Of a stretch of DNA of 64,000 nucleotides, positions 1 to 7,952 are shown in pieces. Under the pieces are notes generated by a model. It ran no database searches. It saw only the letters and a list, made by a program, of their open reading frames with translations, and had not been told where the DNA came from. Numbering within the stretch: the stretch's first letter is position 1; every line of letters begins with the position of its first letter. Source of the DNA: Alphaproteobacteria bacterium (GTDB lineage Bacteria > Pseudomonadota > Alphaproteobacteria > RF32 > CAG-239); contig JAZUCK010000023.1 of assembly GCA_045639065.1 (NCBI GenBank), forward strand, positions 30,429-94,428, given 5' to 3'. The position numbers were made by a program, and so were the translations under genes.

Positions 1-8
1 AAAAAATA

Positions 9-1097
9 ATGAATATTTTGACAAGACCGATTTTGGAAATAAATTTAGACAATATACTAAAGAATTACAATATGCTGGCTAAAATTGCGCATAATGCAAT
101 ACCGGCTGCCGTTGTAAAAGATGATGCCTATGGTTTGGGGGCTGAAAAAATTTCGCAAATGTTGTATGAAAAGGCCGATTGTCGTTGCTTCTTTGTTGCA
201 CATGCTATAGAAGGAGAACGAATTGCTCATCTTATTCCCAAGGCAACTATATATGTTTTGCAAGGAATTGGTGCAGATTCATTATTGATATTTCAAAAAA
301 TAAATAACCTTGTTCCCGTAATTTGTTCGCCTCAAATGCTCGAATTTTGGAAGCAAAATCAAATTATTGGAATAAAACCGGCAATTCAAATAGAAACAGG
401 TCTTAACAGATTAGGCTTTCGTGAAGATGATTTAGCCAAATTGTCCGAAGATGATAAAAAGATATTCGGCTTAGTATTATCTCATTTGGCTTGTGCTGAT
501 GAAAAAGATCATTTTATGAATCATCATCAAATTGAAAACTTTACCAGACTGAAAAAAGAGTATTTTCCTCATCATCAAGCAACTTTGTCAGCTTCGGACG
601 GTGTATTTTTGGGTGAAGATTTTCATCAAGATATTGTAAGATTAGGTGCTGCTATGTACGGAATTAACACGACTCCGTATCGTCAAAACCAAATGGAAAA
701 TGTGGTGGTTCTAAAAGCTCCCGTTTTACAGATAGCTAATCTGCCCAAAGGAGATTTTGTCGGATATTCTGCAACTTATAGAGCTAGCTCGGACAGAAAA
801 ATAGCCATTGTATCCATTGGCTACGGAGATGGTTTACCCCGCTCACTGTCAAATGTCGGTAAGGTCTTTTTCAAAACCTTAAATAAACTTACCGAGGCGC
901 GAATTATCGGTCGTGTGTCTATGGATAATGTTATTTGTGATGTAACTGATGTTGCCGGTTTACAATGCGGTGACATGGCATATTTTGCAGATGATTTTTA
1001 CACATTGGACGATGTGGCAAGAGATGCAGATACTATTTCTTACGAAATAATGTCACGTCTGGGAAAAAACACTCGTTTTATAAAAGTATATAAATAG
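9..1097 (+). CDS. alr: alanine racemase
   Basis: 362-aa ORF. Contains the PLP-lysine region AVVKDDAYGLGA and the C-terminal YEIMSRLG typical of Alr. Confidence 0.85.
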   Translation: MNILTRPILEINLDNILKNYNMLAKIAHNAIPAAVVKDDAYGLGAEKISQMLYEKADCRCFFVAHAIEGERIAHLIPKATIYVLQGIGADSLLIFQKINNLVPVICSPQMLEFWKQNQIIGIKPAIQIETGLNRLGFREDDLAKLSEDDKKIFGLVLSHLACADEKDHFMNHHQIENFTRLKKEYFPHHQATLSASDGVFLGEDFHQDIVRLGAAMYGINTTPYRQNQMENVVVLKAPVLQIANLPKGDFVGYSATYRASSDRKIAIVSIGYGDGLPRSLSNVGKVFFKTLNKLTEARIIGRVSMDNVICDVTDVAGLQCGDMAYFADDFYTLDDVARDADTISYEIMSRLGKNTRFIKVYK

Positions 1098-1134
1098 TTG
1101 AATTTCAATATTAAATAAAAAGTAAAACCCAAAC

Positions 1135-1203
1135 ATATTACCGCAAAAGGTATAATATTACCGCCAATGGTACAATATTACCGTTTGCGGTATTATAATA
1201 CCG
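1135..1203. repeat. three direct ATATTACCG repeats at exact 20-bp phasing, plus an inverted repeat and a palindrome
   Basis: ATATTACCG occurs at 1135, 1155 and 1175. TACCGCAAA (1139-1147) is the inverse of TTTGCGGTA (1184-1192). CGGTATTATAATACCG (1188-1203) is a perfect 16-nt palindrome. The region lies between the alr stop and the flagellin gene. Confidence 0.6.
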
Positions 1204-1434
1204 ATAAGCTGTGTTTTTTTTACAAAAATTCTCTCTGATTAAGCGATTCGTTTGGCGAGTCTTTATAAAAAATGTTTCACAAAAACATTGTTAAAAATCA
1301 ACCTGTTATAGTATGTGAAACACTTTTTTTTGCTACGTGGTGTTGTTTTGGCTTTGAATATATGATATAATGAAGGTGTAGTGTGAATAGAGACACCACA
1401 AGTAATGTGAAACTTATATTATGGGAGAAAAGCC

Positions 1435-2262
1435 ATGTCTATTACATTAACCGCTAGTATGCGTTCAAATCTTTCGTCATTAAAAGTAATTCAATCTCAA
1501 ATGGATAAAACACAAGAGCGTCTTTCTACAGGTAAGAAAGTAAACTCTGCTATTGATAATGCTTCTTCTTACTATCAAGCCCGCTCTTTAACAAACCGTG
1601 CCGCTGATTTAGATTCCTTGTTAGATAGCATGGGTCAAGGTGTTCAAACAATTCAGGCCGCCAACGAAGGTATCGAAGCTATTACTGCTTTCGTAGAACA
1701 AATGAAATCAGTAGCTGAATCAGCAGCTGCACTTGATCCTGATGCTGAGGGATATGATGACAAAGTTGCCGGATATGCCGCACAATTTGATGCAATTAAA
1801 GAACAAATTGCAGATATTGCAAAAGATTCTTCATATCAAGGTGTAAACTTGTTGATTGGTAACAGCCTAAAGGTTGTATTTAACGAAACACGTACAAACG
1901 ATCTTACTGTTACAGGTAAAAATATCGTTAATGAAATGGCTATAACAGCAGCTGCCGGCGATGCAGGTTGGAAAACAGGAGTCGAAAAAATTACTGCATC
2001 AATTGGTGAAATTACAACAGCTGTAGAAACATTGCGTTCATTTGCAACAGAACTCGGTAATAACTTTACCATTATTGAAACACGTCAAAACTTTACCGAA
2101 GCTATGATTGATGTGTTAGAAACCGGTTCGGATAAGCTTGTACTTGCCGATATGAACGAAGAATCAGCTAACTACTTGGCATTGCAAACACGTCAACAAT
2201 TGGCTATTAATTCTTTGTCATTAGCTTCTCAATCTGCACAATCAGTATTGAGCTTGTTCTAA
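1435..2262 (+). CDS. flagellin, short alphaproteobacterial type with essentially no outer domain
   Basis: 275 aa. N-terminus is ITLTASMRSNL...GKKVNSAIDNASSYYQARSL and C-terminus is QTRQQLAINSLSLASQSAQSVLSLF. A GGGAGAAAAG RBS precedes the ATG. Confidence 0.92.
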   Translation: MSITLTASMRSNLSSLKVIQSQMDKTQERLSTGKKVNSAIDNASSYYQARSLTNRAADLDSLLDSMGQGVQTIQAANEGIEAITAFVEQMKSVAESAAALDPDAEGYDDKVAGYAAQFDAIKEQIADIAKDSSYQGVNLLIGNSLKVVFNETRTNDLTVTGKNIVNEMAITAAAGDAGWKTGVEKITASIGEITTAVETLRSFATELGNNFTIIETRQNFTEAMIDVLETGSDKLVLADMNEESANYLALQTRQQLAINSLSLASQSAQSVLSLF

Positions 2263-2287
2263 TATTTAATCTCTCAAAATTTAAAAA

Positions 2288-2308
2288 GGGCGGTAAGAAT
2301 TACCGCCC
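2288..2308 (+). terminator. rho-independent terminator after the flagellin gene
   Basis: GGGCGGTAA-GAA-TTACCGCCC forms a perfect 9-bp stem, followed by a T-containing tail. Confidence 0.75.
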
Positions 2309-2397
2309 TTACGTTTAATAATTATTTATCTAAAAAAACTAATTATTAACCATATCAATGATATAATGCGTCAAAAGATTAAAATCAGGAGCCCTAA

Positions 2398-3474
2398 ATG
2401 ATTAAATTTTTCTTGTCTGTTATGAGTGTTTGTTTTTTTGTAAAATTATCATATGCCAATGAAGAGGCAGTAGTCTCATTGTTTGATGACGAACCTCAGA
2501 TAAAAAATCAAATGCAGTCGAAAGGAATTGAAAATGAAGAAAAAGAAGGTTTCTTTACATTTATGAATTTTAAGATGCCCGAAAATATGTTTTCTTCAGA
2601 TGACAATAAAAAAACATCTACAACAGATGATATTATAAAACTTGCCGATAGGGGAGATATACAATCACAATTGATATTGGGTTATGCTTATCTATATGGC
2701 GAAAAAGGTTTAAGCGTTGATTACAACAAATCATTTGAATATTATGGTAAAGCAGCTATGCAAAATGATCCGGTAGGACTTAATAATCTGGGTAGTTTAT
2801 ATTATGGTGGTATAGGAGTGAACCGTTCGTCGGCAAAAGCAGCAGTATTATTCAGAAAAGCTGCCGAATTAGGCAATCCCGATGCTGCTGTAAACATTGG
2901 TTTTATGCATGCCAGCGGAAACGGCGCAAAAAAAGATATCGAAAAAGCCTTAGAATATTTTGAATCGGCATTATCAGGAAATTCGCCTGCCGCAAAATTT
3001 ATGGTCGGATATGCTTATTACGCAGGAAAGCATCGTTCAACAGATTATGGCAAGGCTTCATCTTTGCTAAAAGAGGCCGCAGATGCCGGTTTTGATGAAG
3101 CACAAACCATTGTGGCAGATATGTATATAAAAGGTTTGGGCTTTCCGCAAAGCTATAGTAATGGTGTGACATATTTGCAAAAAGCTGTTTTACAAGGCGA
3201 CACCAAAGCGATGATAAAACTTGCCGATATTTTGGTTGAGGGTAAAAAATATGCTAAAAATATATTGTATGCCCATACTTTATATAACTTAGCGTCTGTT
3301 CGAGGTGAACACATGGCACCTCAAAAACGTGATGCTATTGAGACAAGTATGAAAATTGATGAAGTCTTAATGGCTCAAGAAAGAGCTGGTAAATATAAGG
3401 AAGAGCTATCCGAGACCACTCAATATATTAGAAAAACTTATGGTAAAAATATATCTTTATACTTTGATTTATAG
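2398..3474 (+). CDS. secreted Sel1-like repeat (SLR/TPR-family) protein
   Basis: Hydrophobic N-terminal signal-like segment. Multiple repeats of the form GDxxAQxxLGxxYxxGxGVxxDxxKAxxYYxKAA. Confidence 0.75.
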   Translation: MIKFFLSVMSVCFFVKLSYANEEAVVSLFDDEPQIKNQMQSKGIENEEKEGFFTFMNFKMPENMFSSDDNKKTSTTDDIIKLADRGDIQSQLILGYAYLYGEKGLSVDYNKSFEYYGKAAMQNDPVGLNNLGSLYYGGIGVNRSSAKAAVLFRKAAELGNPDAAVNIGFMHASGNGAKKDIEKALEYFESALSGNSPAAKFMVGYAYYAGKHRSTDYGKASSLLKEAADAGFDEAQTIVADMYIKGLGFPQSYSNGVTYLQKAVLQGDTKAMIKLADILVEGKKYAKNILYAHTLYNLASVRGEHMAPQKRDAIETSMKIDEVLMAQERAGKYKEELSETTQYIRKTYGKNISLYFDL

Positions 3475-3483
3475 TAAAAAAAA

Positions 3484-3501
3484 GGCTGTATTCTTACAGC
3501 C
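3484..3501. terminator. bidirectional hairpin terminator between the Sel1 gene and accC
   Basis: GGCTGTA-TTCT-TACAGCC, flanked by an A-run and a T-run. Confidence 0.7.
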
Positions 3502-3509
3502 TTTTTTTA

Positions 3510-4844
3510 TTAGTTGTTAAGCAAGTTTTCTAACCAGTGAATATCATAAACACCATCAACATAGTCAGGTTGAGATATGATTTTTTGATGTAGCGGAATT
3601 GTGGTTTTGATACCGTCTATAACAAATTCTTCTAGAGTTCTATGAAGACGCATTAATGCGGCATTTCGAGTTTTTCCGCTTACGATAAGCTTAGCAATCA
3701 TACTGTCGTAAAAAGGAGGAATACTATAACCTGAATATATTTCCGAATCAACTCTGACACCAAGTCCGCCCGGTGCGTGCCATTCGGTAATCTTGCCCGG
3801 ATTTGGTGCAAAAGTCGCAGGGTCTTCAGCATTTATACGACATTCAATAGCACAACCACTAAAAGAAATATCATTTTGTGAATAGCCTAATTTTGCTCCG
3901 TTGGCAATTCTAATTTGCTCTCTAACAATATCAATTCCCGTGACCGCTTCGGTAATAGGATGTTCCACTTGCAGTCTGGTGTTCATTTCCAAAAAATAAA
4001 ATTTACCGTCTTCATATAAAAATTCCAACGTTCCCGCGCTTGAGTAACCGATTTTTTCAACGGCTGAACGTGCAATTTCACCAATTTCATCTCGTTGTTG
4101 TTGGTTTAGTGCTGGAGATGGAGTTTCTTCAATTACTTTTTGGTTTTTTCTTTGAATTGAGCAATCACGCTCGCCTAAATGAACAACATTACCATACGTG
4201 TCAGCTAAAATTTGAATTTCGATATGACGAGGTTTTTGCAAGTATTTTTCCATATATACTTCATCACTGGTAAAAGAAGCTTTGGCTTCAGCTCTGGCCA
4301 TAGTATAAGCCGTTTCGATGTCTGCTTCGCTAAAAGCTACTTTCATACCTTTACCGCCGCCACCGGCCTTAGCTTTAATGATAACCGGATATCCAATTTT
4401 TTTTGCCCATTCTTTAGCTGCATCAATGTTTTCCAAAGCCGGAGAACCCGGAATTACTGGAAGACCCGAAGAAATAGCTGCTTCACGAGCCCTTAATTTA
4501 TCACCCATCATACGGATTTGTTCTGGCTTTGGACCGATAAAGGTAATACCATGTTCTGCTACCATTTCTGCAAAATCAGCGTTTTCTGACAAGAAGCCGA
4601 ATCCTGGGTGGATAGCATCAGCCCCTGTAATTATGGCTGCTGATATAATTGCAGATTTGTTAAGGTAAGATTCTGACGAGCGAGCCGGACCTATACATAC
4701 GGCTTCGTCAGCAAGGCGTACATGCATGGCATTTGCATCTGCTTCAGAATGCACCGCAACAGTTTTGATACCCATTTCTCTACACGCACGATGGATTCTT
4801 AAAGCTACTTCGCCTCGATTGGCAATCAGTATTTTTTCAAACAT
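3510..4844 (-). CDS. accC: acetyl-CoA carboxylase biotin carboxylase subunit
   Basis: 444 aa. Starts MFEKILIANRGEVALRI, with ATP-grasp motifs (GGGGKGM) and EMNTRLQVEHPITE. Confidence 0.95.
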   Translation of the reverse strand: MFEKILIANRGEVALRIHRACREMGIKTVAVHSEADANAMHVRLADEAVCIGPARSSESYLNKSAIISAAIITGADAIHPGFGFLSENADFAEMVAEHGITFIGPKPEQIRMMGDKLRAREAAISSGLPVIPGSPALENIDAAKEWAKKIGYPVIIKAKAGGGGKGMKVAFSEADIETAYTMARAEAKASFTSDEVYMEKYLQKPRHIEIQILADTYGNVVHLGERDCSIQRKNQKVIEETPSPALNQQQRDEIGEIARSAVEKIGYSSAGTLEFLYEDGKFYFLEMNTRLQVEHPITEAVTGIDIVREQIRIANGAKLGYSQNDISFSGCAIECRINAEDPATFAPNPGKITEWHAPGGLGVRVDSEIYSGYSIPPFYDSMIAKLIVSGKTRNAALMRLHRTLEEFVIDGIKTTIPLHQKIISQPDYVDGVYDIHWLENLLNN

Positions 4845-4856
4845 AGGTTTATTACC

Positions 4857-5336
4857 TTATTCTATTACCAACAAAGATTCGCCATATTCGACAGGATCAC
4901 CCGATTCAACCAAAATTTTGGTAACAGTTCCTGTGCGATGAGCCTTAACCGGATTAAATGTCTTCATGGCTTCAATAAGGCATACGATATCGCCTTCTTT
5001 TACCGTGTCGCCAATACCTACATAATCGGGTTTTGTCGGATCAGGAGATAAATATACAACACCTACTATCGGAGATTTAACTGTTCCTGCGTTATTTGAA
5101 TAGCCGTCAGCACTATAGGTTTCTTCTTTAGAAACATTTGCAGGAACAACTCCTGAAGATTGTGTTACGGGTTGAGCAACAGTTTGAACAGCTACCGGAG
5201 CCACAGCATTGGTGCAAACGAGGCCTTTTAATTTTATGCGGCAACTTTCGTCTTCATATTCAAGTTCGCTTAAATTATTTTTATTTAACACATCGGCCAG
5301 TTTACCGATAATTTTGGTGTCAATAGCATTTGCCAT
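4857..5336 (-). CDS. accB: biotin carboxyl carrier protein
   Basis: 159 aa. C-terminal biotinyl domain with an EAMK motif (LIEAMKTFNPV). Lies immediately upstream of accC. Confidence 0.9.
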   Translation of the reverse strand: MANAIDTKIIGKLADVLNKNNLSELEYEDESCRIKLKGLVCTNAVAPVAVQTVAQPVTQSSGVVPANVSKEETYSADGYSNNAGTVKSPIVGVVYLSPDPTKPDYVGIGDTVKEGDIVCLIEAMKTFNPVKAHRTGTVTKILVESGDPVEYGESLLVIE

Positions 5337-5539
5337 TATTTTTTCTCACTTTCTTAAATTAAAACGCGCGTCCTTATCAATAATTTTATAACATAACAGA
5401 AAATGTCAAAAAAACAACAAAAAATGCATTTTTAACCTAAAAAAGCTCGTTTTTTGTAAAAAAAATGCGTGAAAATCAGTAAAAAACGAATTTTTCTTTA
5501 TTTGTGTAAAAGTTATAAAAAAATAAGCATTTTAAAAAT

Positions 5540-5554
5540 TGGCACGCATTTTGC
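5540..5554 (+). promoter_or_regulatory. sigma54 (RpoN) -24/-12 promoter
   Basis: TGGCAC-gcatt-TTGCA matches the TGGCAC-N5-TTGCW consensus. It sits about 40 nt upstream of the fliK-like/flgD/flgE start. A sigma54 activator (flbD) is encoded in the same window. Confidence 0.8.
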
Positions 5555-5593
5555 ATACTGTTTCTCAGGTTTATTTTTTTGAGGATTTACCCA

Positions 5594-7129
5594 ATGGAAA
5601 TACAAGATAGAAACAGTTTGTTGCAAATATTGACTCCTGCCAAAGACGGAAAACCCCAAATTTCGTCTGTTGAAAATAATGTCTTTGCCGATATTTTGAA
5701 TTTTGCAAAGAATGAAACATCATTTCCCCAAAATGATTCTAAAGGTATAGAATTAAAGCAATCTGTGCGACAAGTTGAAGTATCTAAAAATGTTAAGGAT
5801 AAAGTTCTTGATAAAAAAGATAAAACTTCAAAAAAGACAGAAGTCGAAGACAAGGATGTGTCTAATGTAAAAAAAGAAGAAGATAAGCAAGTAAGCAAAA
5901 AAGATACAAAAGAAGATACTGCTGTTTCTCAAGATAATTCTGCTGACAGCAAGTCTGAAGTTGTAAAAGAAGATAAAAGCGCCACGGAAACAGTATCTGA
6001 AGACAAAAACGGCGACGAAGCTGTTGAAAGTGAAGTCGTTGACACTGAAGATCAATTCGCGGTTGCTCCTGTGACAGTAGCGTTGCAATCTATAGATGAT
6101 GTAGTAGTAACAAAGGATGTATCAAGCGAGAAAGTGGTGCTTTTTGAGCAGAATGCTCCGGTTTCGGCAAGTGTTGAGGAGCTTTATGTTGAAGAAATGT
6201 CAACAACCAAGCAGGAAGCAGACGTAAAAGCTTCTCAAACTGCCGTAGAAGAATTTTCAATACTGAGCGAAGAAGAAAAATTGCTTATGGAACAAGCAAA
6301 GTATTTTGATGAAAAGGTCGCTTCTGATAAAAAGCTAAAAGTAGATGTCAGCGTTTCAGAGGCAAAAATTGCCGAGCCGGTTGTAAAAGATGTTTTGAAA
6401 AATCGCTTTGAAATCGACTCAATGTTCCAATCCGTCGATGAAAACGTTGATGTTTTGGCTTCAGATATCGAAAACGTTGTCGATAAAATATCATTAGATG
6501 ATAAAAGTAACAATACTTTGGTCGAAACCAAAAATGTTATATTTAGTGAAGCCAAAATTGTTCAAGATACTGCAAGATCATCTCTTAGCAAAGATGCAAC
6601 CGTTATGGCTGTTTCTGGCAAGGAAGCCGTTACAGAAGTTGTTAATACTTCAAGAAATGAAGCTTTTGCAAAAATAAACGAAACCGCTAATCGCGATGCT
6701 TTTAAGGGAATGGCTAAAGAAGTTGTTGAACAAATCAAAGTTAATATCACTAAGTCCGCCGTAAAAGGAGTGGATACTATTGATATTCAGTTAAAGCCTG
6801 AAGATTTGGGTAAGGTGCAAATTAAAATGCATATCGCCAAAGATGGTAAGGTTCAGGCTGAAATTATTGCATCACGTGCCGAAACGGCAGATTTGTTGCA
6901 AAAAGATGCATCTTCTTTATCAAGAGCCTTTAATGAAGCTGGCTACGATACAGATGTCAAAAGCTTTACTTTCAGCTTCCAAAATGAAAATCAAGCCAAA
7001 GGTCAAGAAAAAGATGATGCCGAATTGTTGAAGTTTATCGGTGATACATTAGAGCAAGAAGCTGAATCCTTCGCCGGTAATGACAACTTGGAATATGATC
7101 CTGTTTTGGGATTAAATATTAGAGTTTAA
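5594..7129 (+). CDS. fliK: flagellar hook-length control protein FliK-like
   Basis: Long acidic/Lys-rich low-complexity N-terminal part. The C-terminal segment IDIQLKPEDLGKVQIKMHIAKDGKVQAEIIASRAETADLL resembles the FliK C-terminal domain. Lies directly upstream of flgD-flgE. ATG at 5594 is preferred over the TTG at 5579 because GAGGA sits 8 nt upstream. Confidence 0.65.
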   Translation: MEIQDRNSLLQILTPAKDGKPQISSVENNVFADILNFAKNETSFPQNDSKGIELKQSVRQVEVSKNVKDKVLDKKDKTSKKTEVEDKDVSNVKKEEDKQVSKKDTKEDTAVSQDNSADSKSEVVKEDKSATETVSEDKNGDEAVESEVVDTEDQFAVAPVTVALQSIDDVVVTKDVSSEKVVLFEQNAPVSASVEELYVEEMSTTKQEADVKASQTAVEEFSILSEEEKLLMEQAKYFDEKVASDKKLKVDVSVSEAKIAEPVVKDVLKNRFEIDSMFQSVDENVDVLASDIENVVDKISLDDKSNNTLVETKNVIFSEAKIVQDTARSSLSKDATVMAVSGKEAVTEVVNTSRNEAFAKINETANRDAFKGMAKEVVEQIKVNITKSAVKGVDTIDIQLKPEDLGKVQIKMHIAKDGKVQAEIIASRAETADLLQKDASSLSRAFNEAGYDTDVKSFTFSFQNENQAKGQEKDDAELLKFIGDTLEQEAESFAGNDNLEYDPVLGLNIRV

Positions 7130-7151
7130 CAGGTAATGGGGAGATAGTGTC

Positions 7152-7928
7152 ATGACAGATTTAAGCTCAATTATCACATCAGTAAATTCAGGTGTTTCTA
7201 AAGGAACAAATTCTGCTCAAACTTTGTCTGCCGATATGGATACATTTTTAACATTATTGACGACACAGTTGCAATATCAAGATCCTTTGGATCCGATGGA
7301 CGCATCTGAATACACTAACCAACTTGTTCAGTACTCTAATGTGGAACAAGCAATCCAAACTAACTCAAAATTGGATAATTTGCTTAATTTATCAATTTAT
7401 AATTTGGGTGTTCAAGCGACAAGTTATGTTGGCAAAACAATTCAAGCCATTAGCGATATGATGCCATTAGATAAAGGCGTGGCTAAAGCTACTTACACTT
7501 TGAGCAAAGGTGTAACAGATTGCACAATCGTATTAAAAGATATGGATGATAAGGTCGTTTATACTGCAAAAGGTGAAACATCTTCAGGTGCTCATGATTT
7601 TCTATGGGATGGTAAAAATATAAACGGCGAACAACTACCGGATGGAGCATACAAAATCGAAGTATTGACGACAGTTCCTGAAGGTGAAGCATCAGCTTCG
7701 GTAACAACAACCGTATTTGGACGTGTAACAGGTGTTGCCAGTGATGATAGCGGAATTTATTTAGGTTTGGGTGATGCTTTAACTACCACACTTGATTATG
7801 TGGTAACATCACGCAACGAAGATTATTGGGATAAATTAATTGCCGAAATTCAGAAGAATAACGGCTCTTCATCAGAAGATGAAGGAATAAAAGAAGAATT
7901 AGAACAAATAATAGCGCAAATTGCGTAA
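7152..7928 (+). CDS. flgD: flagellar hook assembly/capping protein FlgD
   Basis: N-terminal FLTLLTTQLQYQDPLDPMD motif, a FlgD Ig-like middle part (HDFLWDGKNINGEQLPDGAYK), and position upstream of flgE. Confidence 0.88.
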   Translation: MTDLSSIITSVNSGVSKGTNSAQTLSADMDTFLTLLTTQLQYQDPLDPMDASEYTNQLVQYSNVEQAIQTNSKLDNLLNLSIYNLGVQATSYVGKTIQAISDMMPLDKGVAKATYTLSKGVTDCTIVLKDMDDKVVYTAKGETSSGAHDFLWDGKNINGEQLPDGAYKIEVLTTVPEGEASASVTTTVFGRVTGVASDDSGIYLGLGDALTTTLDYVVTSRNEDYWDKLIAEIQKNNGSSSEDEGIKEELEQIIAQIA

Positions 7929-7952
7929 GTAAAAAGTTTTAGGAGAAATAAA

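Noticed and set aside
1200-1207. ACCGATAA resembling a sigma28 -10 element (GCCGATAA) upstream of the flagellin
   Set aside because: No convincing TAAA-type -35 lies at the correct spacing. The site is part of the palindrome/repeat cluster and is more than 220 nt from the start codon.
4040-4668. Three plus-strand ORFs (77-116 aa) inside accC
   Set aside because: They are shadow ORFs antisense to a highly conserved gene, with no RBS and no recognisable domains. The same applies to the other short antisense ORFs inside flgE, fliF, flhA, glgP, valS and the 51291-53558 gene.
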